64,000 nucleotides of DNA from an uncultured bacterium (GTDB taxonomy: Bacteria > Muiribacteriota > UBA6191). The stretch spans positions 1,304 through 65,303 of the forward strand of contig CAZIKF010000026.1 of assembly GCA_964539825.1 (NCBI GenBank), given 5' to 3'. The notes beneath the pieces were generated by a model that was not told where the DNA came from, ran no database searches, and worked only from the letters and a program-made list of their open reading frames with translations. This document shows, piece after piece, positions 8,858 through 17,188 of this stretch (the stretch's first letter is position 1; every line of letters begins with the position of its first letter). A program made the position numbers and the translations under genes.

Positions 8858-10852
8858 ATGAGCTTTCGCTTTTCTTCCCGGGGCTTTGTTTTGCCTCTGA
8901 GTATAGTTATAGTTTTTTTAGCCCTCGGTCTTGGATGGGTTCTCTTTCGTGTGTCTCGTCAAAATCTCCACAACTCTTTGTTTTACGCCAATAAAGAGAG
9001 GGCTTATCACCTGGCTCGTGCCGCCGCTCAATTACTAGATATAAAGCTAGAAAAGGCAATTTCCTATTTAAATTCCTCAGATCCGAATACATTTCCCAAA
9101 AAAGTTAAATCTCCCGATGAGGTACGTGAGATTATTCAGTGGCTCCTTGATGAGCATGGATTTGTGCGTCAGGAGCCCTCAAAACTTCCTTTACCTGTAC
9201 CGGGGTGGGAGATCCTGACGGGAGAAAACTCTGGGTCGTCCGTGGACTCTTATCTTGAGCTAATAGCTCCTCAAGAATTGTTCCCCGCTAGCCTGGGGGC
9301 AATGCACATGGACCCCCGTGAAATCGAATTTTTCTTCATTTTGCGGGTTGAAGTGAAACTCAGGGGAGCCAGTGCTGCCATCCATCGCTTTTCTCGGGCT
9401 AAATATGTGCGAATTCTTCCGCATGTACTGGGGAAATTCGTCTTATTCGTCGATGAGCCGCCCCTTGAAGGTTATAACAAGATCCTTGAATCTCAGACCT
9501 TAGCCCAGCAGGTAAATTCACCCGTGGTCATATTTCCGGGGAAGTCTCTTCCTCCGCAGAGTTTTGGATTAGCCCCCGGGGAAGTGGTAAACCTGGTGGA
9601 TCAGGCAGGTTGGCTTTTTTTTCGCTCCCTTTCTGAAATGACCTTTGGAGTCGGCAAGGGTGGTGGCGTTGCTCGATATGAAGACAGTTTCTCTGAGTCT
9701 CAGATGAACCTGCGCAATATGGAGGAACTGGATGGAGTCCAAACCCTGCTCAGTGAGGATGGGTCTATGGATTACTTTGTCCGTAGAGTACCCCTATTCA
9801 AGGAACTTCAGCTTACTGAACAAAAAGAAGTCTTTGTTCATGAATCGACTTCAAAGATCCAGGGCGGTTCTATTTTTCGGCTTTTTGGTGCCCTGGATTC
9901 GCCTTCACCTTCCCTGGTTTTGGGTCCGGTGTCCAGAAGGATTGCTGTGATTCAGGGTCTTTTTCATAAACCCAACAACAAGTTCTCACCCCTTCCCTTC
10001 TTAAACTCTTCACAATATGAAGAACAAAGCTGGCCTGGAATCACCAATAAGGATGCGGTGGAGGTTTTGAAGATGCATTTTGAGGAAATCTCCACAACTC
10101 CGTATGAAGTCTATGCCAGGAGAATGTCTCAGCTAGTTGTTGAGGATTACAATTCAGCACTTCTTGATCTGTTAAGAGCCTCCCCTTCCCAGGTTAGCTC
10201 GGTTCCTCCCTCAAATTTACCCCTGTCTCAACGATTGAAAGCGGATGAACAGGGGGTTCGATTTGATCGTAGAATCCATTCTCAAAGACTGGATATACAA
10301 CGAGATGATGGCCTGAGTCTCTATGAGGGTGGCGATTTAACAGAATTTCGAGATATGAGTTTTTTCAAGAATCGAGTAGGCATTTCGGTACAGGATACTT
10401 CAGAATTTCTTCAGAAATTTGTGCAGGAAGGAGTACTGAATCTCGGGGGAGTGGTTCAGGTGCGTTCGAACCTTTTAATTAACGAACCGCTAGTACTCGC
10501 GCCGGGAGGTTCGGGGATGATTCTTTGTGAAGGGGACGTTGAGATTTCCGCAGCTATTGAATCATCAATGGAGCAGATTCTGGTCATTGTTTCCCTTAAT
10601 GGAATGATCAGTTTAAATGTTTCTGAACCATGCCGGTTTGCCTTGATAGCGATGAATGGACAGGTTCAGCTTCCGTCTAGATTTAGTTTGACAGGGATGG
10701 TAGCCGCGAAGGATGTAAAAGTGCTTCCCTCTGCCCCTGGGACTTTACGGGAAGTTCGCTACCACACCCTCCTGGACCCGACATCTTCCAATGGGTACCT
10801 AAGAGGCTTTCGTCTAACAACTGAGAATCTGTGGAGCCAATATGTACAATGA
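8858..10852 (+). CDS. PilX/GspK-like large minor-pilin protein
   Basis: Class III-like N-terminus SSRG|FVLPLSIVIVFLALGLGWVLF lacking Glu5; C-terminal beta-rich G-x-I-x-A repeats. ORF track starts at GTG 8834; ATG 8858 preferred. Confidence 0.65.
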   Translation: MSFRFSSRGFVLPLSIVIVFLALGLGWVLFRVSRQNLHNSLFYANKERAYHLARAAAQLLDIKLEKAISYLNSSDPNTFPKKVKSPDEVREIIQWLLDEHGFVRQEPSKLPLPVPGWEILTGENSGSSVDSYLELIAPQELFPASLGAMHMDPREIEFFFILRVEVKLRGASAAIHRFSRAKYVRILPHVLGKFVLFVDEPPLEGYNKILESQTLAQQVNSPVVIFPGKSLPPQSFGLAPGEVVNLVDQAGWLFFRSLSEMTFGVGKGGGVARYEDSFSESQMNLRNMEELDGVQTLLSEDGSMDYFVRRVPLFKELQLTEQKEVFVHESTSKIQGGSIFRLFGALDSPSPSLVLGPVSRRIAVIQGLFHKPNNKFSPLPFLNSSQYEEQSWPGITNKDAVEVLKMHFEEISTTPYEVYARRMSQLVVEDYNSALLDLLRASPSQVSSVPPSNLPLSQRLKADEQGVRFDRRIHSQRLDIQRDDGLSLYEGGDLTEFRDMSFFKNRVGISVQDTSEFLQKFVQEGVLNLGGVVQVRSNLLINEPLVLAPGGSGMILCEGDVEISAAIESSMEQILVIVSLNGMISLNVSEPCRFALIAMNGQVQLPSRFSLTGMVAAKDVKVLPSAPGTLREVRYHTLLDPTSSNGYLRGFRLTTENLWSQYVQ

Positions 10853-11435
10853 ATTTCGAAGACCTCTAATCCTTGGACTGCTCCTGGTTTCTAATCTTCT
10901 GCAAGCAGGGGAGCTGAGTGTGGTAGTGGGGAAGGAGGGCAACCTTATTGAGCAAAAACTTCAAGCGGAGAATTTAAATTCCTCGGCCCCTCTTCCAGGT
11001 GAGTGGCAGGATTCGGGTACTATTGCGTCTTCATGGACCGCTCCGCCACCAGCCTCATTTTCTCCTACCTCTGTCAATCCAACAATTACAGAGCAAATCG
11101 ACGCCCTGGGCGATCCCGGGACCCCGGTCTCAGCAGCGGTGAACGCAAGCCTTTTTTCAAACTTAGGAAGCTCTATAGCAACCAAGGAGCCCTACGGGAT
11201 CTACAGGCAATGCCAGCTACTTTGGAAGAAATATCACGGTACAACCCCATCAATGTGGGACATGAGAGGGTATACCTATTGGTCATTGGATAAAGGTCAT
11301 ACTATTGCTGAGGTGGAATTAGACATGCGCTGCAAGAAAGAAATTGGTGATGCAGCACCAAATCCGCCACCCTCAGTGGAATGCACTGGTTATGTTTCAC
11401 CCCCTGATTTAGGAGATGGTAAGACCAGAAATTAA
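10842..11435 (+). CDS. Secreted hypothetical protein, Pro/Ser-rich linker, possible DUF4214-like C-terminal module
   Basis: Signal peptide; overlaps upstream stop (operon); C-terminal LWKKYHGTTPSMWDMRGY. Confidence 0.6.
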   Translation: MYNEFRRPLILGLLLVSNLLQAGELSVVVGKEGNLIEQKLQAENLNSSAPLPGEWQDSGTIASSWTAPPPASFSPTSVNPTITEQIDALGDPGTPVSAAVNASLFSNLGSSIATKEPYGIYRQCQLLWKKYHGTTPSMWDMRGYTYWSLDKGHTIAEVELDMRCKKEIGDAAPNPPPSVECTGYVSPPDLGDGKTRN

Positions 11436-11436
11436 G

Positions 11437-11874
11437 ATGAAGAATCCAATTTTTCGTTCTTGCACCGGATTGACCCTTATAGAACTAATTTTTTCCCTGG
11501 CCCTGATTTCCTTTTGTGTTGCCCCAATCTATTTCTTGTTTTCTTCCAGCCACAAAATGAATATTTCCGCTCGTGAAAGACTGGAAGCGATGGCCTACGC
11601 CAATACCTATCTCAGCGCTATTCAGAGTCTGGATGTAGAGAGGCTTGTCTCTGTATCCAAACTTAGAGATGTAGAACTCTCTTCACCGTACTCACTCCAG
11701 GATCTACAAGTAAAACCCATACCAGAAAAAATGCATCGAAATTTAGAAATTAACACCTGGGATCCTGGAATTTCACAAGTGTTCTTTAAAGTAATTGTGG
11801 AGATTCAATGGAAGGCAGGCGCTACGGGAAGCGATCATAAATATCAGCTCAACGCACTAATTCCCAAACACTAG
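11437..11874 (+). CDS. Prepilin-type N-terminal cleavage/methylation protein (PilV-like minor pilin)
   Basis: G|LTLIELIFSLALISF with Glu at +5; ORF track start 11416, ATG 11437 preferred. Confidence 0.8.
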   Translation: MKNPIFRSCTGLTLIELIFSLALISFCVAPIYFLFSSSHKMNISARERLEAMAYANTYLSAIQSLDVERLVSVSKLRDVELSSPYSLQDLQVKPIPEKMHRNLEINTWDPGISQVFFKVIVEIQWKAGATGSDHKYQLNALIPKH

Positions 11875-11895
11875 GAGCCTGTAGGAGAATTGCCT

Positions 11896-12888
11896 TCACA
11901 GGGAGCCAAACTTGAGGTTACGCCATTTCCCAAGAAAATTTCGCTTTCCTCCGCAGCATGGATATCCCCCCGCCCAGACCCGGTTTGGTTTCCCGCTAAA
12001 CTTTTCTGTGCGGCCTATCTGGTTCCCATCGAGAAAAATTTTAACCTCGGAGCCTGTCCATTGAACCTTCCAGGTATGCCAGTCCGGTAAATTATCAGAG
12101 GCGATTTCCATTCTCATGGCTTTAGTACCGCCACCTTCCACTACATAGCGTATGGCTCTCCCGTTACCCCCCGCATGAAGAAGCAGGATTCTATGGAATC
12201 CTTCTCCTCGCAAAGTAAGAAAAATGTATTCCCAATCCCCATTTGGGGATGGGTCCGAGCGATGTCTAATGCCGCTGGTTTCCATACTCACCCAGCCTGC
12301 TGAGTGACCTGGAAGAGCGCTGTCCTTAGACTTTGACTGAGTCACGGAAGGATCTGAGCCATACTCTCCACTCGTAGAGCCTGCCTCCCCTCCCGAATTT
12401 CCTGTCCCCGGTGAAAAACCGCCAGAATTGGGAGTCCCAGGGCTAGTGCCTTGCTTAAATCCGGGGCTGGATTTCTTGAGATTCTCCAGCAACTCTTCAC
12501 GGCTGAGTAATCCCAGTCCGATTTTGGTGGAGTTGCGCAGACTCTCTCTTCTGCTAGGAGCTCTACCCATTGTGACCTGAAAAGCCCAGTTGACATATTC
12601 CTTTGGGTCTTGAGGTCCCTGCTGAGCTGATAAGTTCTCAACCGCTTCCTCACGGGACCCGAACCTGCTTTGATATTCCTCGGAATTAAGAACGTCTTGA
12701 ACCATCTGATCTCTTGTAAGCCAGCCGTCAGCAAGCGCCTTGCCGTAGGACTGCATACCAGAAGGATCTGGGTCTCTCTTTAGATAGGTTTGATAAACCT
12801 GCTTGATATATTCTTCATTGGAGTTCTCTTCAGCGGAATTTGAAGTGCCGCTTAATAAGATGAAGACAAGAATTGTAAGAATTCTCAT
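11896..12888 (-). CDS. Secreted protein with two DUF4214-like helical modules, Gly/Ser linker and ConA/LamG-like beta domain
   Basis: Signal peptide; VYQTYLKRDPDPSGMQSY and FQVTMGRAPS repeats; WHTWKVQWTGSEVKIFLDG lectin/glucanase-like motif. Confidence 0.6.
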   Translation of the reverse strand: MRILTILVFILLSGTSNSAEENSNEEYIKQVYQTYLKRDPDPSGMQSYGKALADGWLTRDQMVQDVLNSEEYQSRFGSREEAVENLSAQQGPQDPKEYVNWAFQVTMGRAPSRRESLRNSTKIGLGLLSREELLENLKKSSPGFKQGTSPGTPNSGGFSPGTGNSGGEAGSTSGEYGSDPSVTQSKSKDSALPGHSAGWVSMETSGIRHRSDPSPNGDWEYIFLTLRGEGFHRILLLHAGGNGRAIRYVVEGGGTKAMRMEIASDNLPDWHTWKVQWTGSEVKIFLDGNQIGRTEKFSGKPNRVWAGGYPCCGGKRNFLGKWRNLKFGSL

Positions 12889-13068
12889 AGGTTCCCTTTC
12901 CTTTTTAACCTATATCCAGAATATCCCCAAATGATAAGAATTAGAAGACTGATGTCCTGGCAAGTTCGACAGCAGTTAGGGAAATTCAGAGAAATGCAAC
13001 CAAATTGTCTTAAATTCCGTACAATGAATTAGGATAGGGAAAAAGACTTCCAATTAAGGATGTAAATC

Positions 13069-13752
13069 ATGAAAAATACTCTCAATATTCTTATGCTTCT
13101 GGTTCTCACCATCGTCAGCTTTGGAGGAGATAAGGCTCTCGCAATGCTGTCTTCTAATCAGGACGCGGACGGAAACTTTACACCTTTGACCAAGGATGAA
13201 GGGAAGTTCTTCTACAGGCCGGTCAATTCTAAGCTTACCAACCTCAAACATAAGATTCGCAAGATTAAAGGACGTAAATTCCAAATACTGATTACCGGGG
13301 AATTGGAAGCTGAAATCCGCAGTGGGACACCCTCTTCAGTGGCGATAGATTTCTACGACGCAAAAAACAATTATAGCCACACTGATAACGTAAAAGGCAC
13401 CCAGGTGACTTTACAGGTCAATATCAAGGAGCATGACACGGTCTCTGAAAATGATGTTGTTCTTACGGGATATCAGAAAGTAGCCCTGCCCTTTGTAAAA
13501 GGGGTCCAGCGAATGCTGAGCAAAAACACCATCTATAGAGGTAAATTCAAACTTCTCTATGAAGTCTCCTTTGCCAAGATTGAAGCACAGTTAGGAAAAT
13601 TTGACACCGCGAAACTCATGGTAGAAGTAGTGGTCCCTGAAAGAACCAGCGAGGAAAAGGAAAGCACGGAAGCGGAGCATGTCTTTACCGATTCAGATGG
13701 CTACAAAGATGGGAAAGAGAACAATAAGTTTTTCAAGGGTCTCGAGGAGTGA
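13069..13752 (+). CDS. Secreted hypothetical protein
   Basis: 227-aa ORF with signal peptide (ALA|M) and AAGGA RBS; stop codon lies inside repeat copy B. Confidence 0.7.
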   Translation: MKNTLNILMLLVLTIVSFGGDKALAMLSSNQDADGNFTPLTKDEGKFFYRPVNSKLTNLKHKIRKIKGRKFQILITGELEAEIRSGTPSSVAIDFYDAKNNYSHTDNVKGTQVTLQVNIKEHDTVSENDVVLTGYQKVALPFVKGVQRMLSKNTIYRGKFKLLYEVSFAKIEAQLGKFDTAKLMVEVVVPERTSEEKESTEAEHVFTDSDGYKDGKENNKFFKGLEE

Positions 13753-13913
13753 GCTGAAAACCGAGGCTTAGCTAGATGCTTGAATGCCCAGAGTCGGCAC
13801 CTGAGCGTAGATCACTCCTAGAACGATGCGATGCATCGCCCGTCGTCGCGGTCTACCCCCATGCACCCATTCTGGGCATTCAATCACCCATCACACCCCG
13901 GCTCTCAGCTCAC
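13749..13913 (+). repeat. Palindromic GTGA...TCAC element, copy B (165 bp)
   Basis: IR gtgagctgaaaaccgagg/ccccggctctcagctcac; inner IR ttgaatgcccaga/tctgggcattcaa; core gcgatgcatcgc shared with copy E. Confidence 0.9.
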
Positions 13914-14044
13914 GGAGTAATTTTTTTTTGGTTTTTCTTGTTCACCCCCTGGTAATGCCTGCTGGTAAGATGGGCTGGATAAGTGTGGTTTCCCTTCCTG
14001 GGTTCTTACTTTTCCGTGTGTGATTTTCTCCCGTTTTATTTTAG

Positions 14045-15040
14045 GTGGTGGTAGATATTTCTGAGAAGAAAACTCAGTCCCGAGGAATTTTTGGGATCAT
14101 TGTTAAGGTTGGGGTCGTTTGTACTTTTGGGATTGTCCTTTTTTTCTATTTTTATCCGGGGGGAGAGGACCTAAAGTCCGAGGTTCTTGAGCTGATAGAA
14201 AGTGAACTTCCTGCCCTGAGTCAACTTGGGATTCCCGATTTACTAAAAAGCGAAACGGAGGAATCTCAGGAGACCGTTCATGTTCAAGGCCCAGAGGACA
14301 TGGTTCCCTTAATGAATACGCTGGCCGAGAAATATATGGAACAGAACAAAGAGATCAAAATTGAAGTCTCAGAAGCTGGCTCAGATTCTGGAATTAGTTC
14401 TGTTTTAGAGGGAAGTGCTGACCTGAGTATGAGCAATAGATCACCTGATAAAGAAGAGTCTCAGCTAGCTGAAGAGAAAGGAATTACCCTGGATCGAACC
14501 GCGCTGAGCCTTGATGCCATAGCCTTCATCGTTCATCCAGCAAATCCCGTGGATTCTCTAACCTTGAAACAGGTGAGTGAGATCTACCAGGGGCGTTACT
14601 CCAGTTGGAAGCAATTGGGAGGGAAAAACTGGCCTATTTCCATTTTAGGCAGAAGGCTGAATACTGGAACCCACAAGATTTTTCAATCCTGGGTTTTGAA
14701 TAATCAAGAGATTTCACAGAAGATGAGCCAACTTCCCACCCTGGCTTCTGTTTTGCGGGCAGCGTCACAAACCCATGGAGCGATTGGTTACGGCAGCCTG
14801 GGCTCCATTAAGAACTCTGGCCTGGACATAAAAATTCTAAGAGTGAAAGCCCCTTCTGGTTCCCACATGGTTCTACCTGATGAAGACTCGATACTCGCGG
14901 GCGATTATCCAGCCAGTCAAAAGCTTTATTTTTACTACAGTGACAAGAAGAAGAACCAAATTTCAGAATTCCTTAAGTATTCCCAGAGCGCTGAAGGGAA
15001 AAAAGCTATCAAAGAGGCAGGATTTGTTCCTGTGAAGTGA
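14045..15040 (+). CDS. PstS-family periplasmic binding protein with N-terminal TM anchor
   Basis: DAIAFIVHPANPV, IYQGRYSSWKQLGG, GAIGY, YPASQKLYFY motifs of the PstS/PBP_like_2 family. Confidence 0.8.
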   Translation: MVVDISEKKTQSRGIFGIIVKVGVVCTFGIVLFFYFYPGGEDLKSEVLELIESELPALSQLGIPDLLKSETEESQETVHVQGPEDMVPLMNTLAEKYMEQNKEIKIEVSEAGSDSGISSVLEGSADLSMSNRSPDKEESQLAEEKGITLDRTALSLDAIAFIVHPANPVDSLTLKQVSEIYQGRYSSWKQLGGKNWPISILGRRLNTGTHKIFQSWVLNNQEISQKMSQLPTLASVLRAASQTHGAIGYGSLGSIKNSGLDIKILRVKAPSGSHMVLPDEDSILAGDYPASQKLYFYYSDKKKNQISEFLKYSQSAEGKKAIKEAGFVPVK

Positions 15041-15044
15041 CTTT

Positions 15045-15208
15045 GTGATGTGAGAACCGGTGCTTAGGTGTGGAGCAGGGCAGCAATAAGCGGCACCTGT
15101 CGGCGTTTCCCTCGTCGAAGTTAGCGATGCTAGCTCCTCCTCACGAACCACCAACATGCACCACTTCTTCCTACCCTGCCCCACACCACGCACCGGCTCT
15201 CACATCAC
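15045..15208 (+). repeat. Palindromic GTGA...TCAC element, copy C (164 bp)
   Basis: IR gtgatgtgagaaccggtgc/gcaccggctctcacatcac; inner IR gtgtggagcagggcag/ctaccctgccccacac; core gcgtttccctcgtcgaag. Confidence 0.9.
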
Positions 15209-15241
15209 TTTTTATTGGGAGATGTTTTAATTATCCTTCCA

Positions 15242-15524
15242 GCATTTCAAGTTAGTCTGATTCGGGTTTATGATGTATGGCGGAGTGTTCAGGGATGTTA
15301 GCTGATTGTGATTCGAGAGGAGAAGGTGGCATCGTCACCTCGGCTTCTCGCTGAAAAAGTCAGAAAAGAAAATGTTCATCCCCGCATTTCAAGTGAGTCT
15401 GATTCGGGTTTATGATGTATGGCGGAGTGTTCAGGGATGTTAGCTGAATGTGATTCGTGAGGAGAAGGTGGCATAGTCACCTGGTTTTTCGATTAGCAAG
15501 TCAGAGAAGTAAACTCTCATCCCC
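15242..15524 (-). repeat. Two tandem 142/141-bp units, each a half-copy of the GTGA element
   Basis: Units start gcatttcaagt at 15242, 15384 and 15525; all share ggcggagtgttcaggg...gtgattcg.gagga.aaggtggcat.gtcacct. Confidence 0.9.
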
Positions 15525-15533
15525 GCATTTCAA

Positions 15534-15696
15534 GTGAGTCTAATTCCTGTGTAGGGTCCCAGGCGGAGTGTTCAGGGTTGTTAGTTGGTAGTGATTCGAG
15601 AGGAAAAGGTGGCATAGTCACCTTTGACGAGGGAAACGCTGCCAAATGACAGTCCAGGGCGCTCTGACAGGGGCCCTACACAGGAATTAGGCTCAC
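15534..15696 (-). repeat. Palindromic GTGA...TCAC element, copy D (163 bp), inverted relative to A, B, C, E
   Basis: 27-bp IR gtgagtctaattcctgtgtagggtccc/ggggccctacacaggaattaggctcac; core ctttgacgagggaaacgc is the reverse complement of the A/C-type core; IR extends 8 bp further (catttcaa/ttgaaatg). Confidence 0.88.
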
Positions 15697-17126
15697 TTGA
15701 AATGTAGCTTCACTAGCTGATCTTTGAAACTGGCGTAGTCTTTTTCAACTTGTTCCATCATTTGCATAGCTAGTTTGCGTTCAACTTCAGTTTGTTGAGC
15801 GTCTTTGGTAAATTTTTCCAGAACTCGATTCAGCTTCTTATAGCCACGGCGATAGTTGATATCTCCGCTTGCCAGTACAGCAATATCTTTATCAAAAATT
15901 TCAAGGAGACCCACGATATAATGGTCTTCCGCAACCAATTCCTTTGCCAGTGATCTGCTCAGGAAAAGGGCCAGTTTTGGGTGTTGGTTACAGAGTTTTT
16001 CCAAATCCCGAATTGGGATCTTATAGAGCCGAACGGGTGAGATTGTTTTCAGTTCAAGGAGGTGATAACCCTTGAATTCTCCAGTGGGATTACACAGTGG
16101 TTCAAGGTGGTGCAGCATTTGCCCGGGAACCGAATACATCTTTGCCCATGTATCTTCATCAGGAACTACCACTTTTCCCTTACGCAAAATGAAGAAATTC
16201 TCCTGTTTTCTACCCGCTAGCGCCAGATAGGTGTTGATATTGACGGGGGTCTCCATCTCAGCGGGTAGGATCTGTTCCTTGAGTTCAAGAATATCATTCT
16301 TACGATCAAGATCGGGTTTACGAAACCTGAGATTGTCGGAGAGAGCGGGGATATTCTTAAACTCATTGATAATCTTGGTAAGCCAGACACTTTGCTGTGA
16401 TTCATTCTTAGCCATCAGGGAGGTACGCATCTTTTCAAAAGCCGCCTGATAGAGATTGACTTTTTTTAGAAAGCCCCCATGCAAAACTTCAATTCCCTCG
16501 GCGGTTTTTCTCGATTTTCTCAGCCTGTTCGCGAGCATGGAAATCAGGGCCAGAGCCAGCTTGGGACTATGCATCATGGAATGTTTGAAGGCCTGCTCGC
16601 TCGTTGCGATTTCAGTCACTTCAACCTCGGTACTGCACTTGATTGAAGCGGTCCGAATCCCATCAAGAAGGGCTCCCATTTCACCGATTTTCACGTTTGC
16701 TTTGCGAATTTGGGCTACAATCTTTCCATTTTCACTGACGTAACGCTTAGCCTTCTCGCGATCTTCTGACGGGGGATGATCAGCCGTGACGATGATCTGT
16801 ACAATTCCCCGCTTAAGAATGTAGATGCTGGTAGAGGGCTCTCCCTGTAAGAAAAGATAGTCGCCTGGCTTTAAGACTCTTTTGGGAATGGCGTCTGAGG
16901 AACCCGAATCATCAGTATTTACCTTGGAGTCGATGATTTCGATTTCAAGGTAGTCCAGGGAAAGGATGTTATTGATGATTTCGGTGGTGAGATAAATTCC
17001 GGCATTGTAGACGGTATTTTGTCGATCTACATCGAGAATTTCCTGGTCAAGAATTTTTCCTGGTTCAACATTTTCAATTGGAGTCAATTTCCCCATAATT
17101 CCAGCGCTCGGTAGTCTCTTTGCCAA
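15693..17126 (-). CDS. Cyclic-nucleotide-binding domain protein (two cNMP domains, no HTH)
   Basis: LFLQGEPSTSIYILKRGIV and IGEMGALLDGIRTAS phosphate-binding cassette; second degenerate copy FFILRKGKV; N-terminal domain resembles that preceding HD-GYP domains. Confidence 0.8.
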   Translation of the reverse strand: MAKRLPSAGIMGKLTPIENVEPGKILDQEILDVDRQNTVYNAGIYLTTEIINNILSLDYLEIEIIDSKVNTDDSGSSDAIPKRVLKPGDYLFLQGEPSTSIYILKRGIVQIIVTADHPPSEDREKAKRYVSENGKIVAQIRKANVKIGEMGALLDGIRTASIKCSTEVEVTEIATSEQAFKHSMMHSPKLALALISMLANRLRKSRKTAEGIEVLHGGFLKKVNLYQAAFEKMRTSLMAKNESQQSVWLTKIINEFKNIPALSDNLRFRKPDLDRKNDILELKEQILPAEMETPVNINTYLALAGRKQENFFILRKGKVVVPDEDTWAKMYSVPGQMLHHLEPLCNPTGEFKGYHLLELKTISPVRLYKIPIRDLEKLCNQHPKLALFLSRSLAKELVAEDHYIVGLLEIFDKDIAVLASGDINYRRGYKKLNRVLEKFTKDAQQTEVERKLAMQMMEQVEKDYASFKDQLVKLHFK

Positions 17127-17188
17127 GTTTTATCTTAACTGATTGGATTCAAGTTTTCCATGTACCTTCGTTTATCGGAAGTTTGAAT

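Noticed and set aside
13741-13920. Target-site duplication (ggagt on both sides of copy B)
   Set aside because: Not consistent among copies; the flanks of A and D show no direct repeat.
15620-15640. Hammerhead ribozyme core (ttgacgag...gaaac)
   Set aside because: No stem II between the NUGANGA-like and GAAA segments.
15242-15704. CRISPR array
   Set aside because: The conserved part is about 99 nt (too long), there are only three units, the linkers resemble each other rather than being unique, and no cas genes are present.
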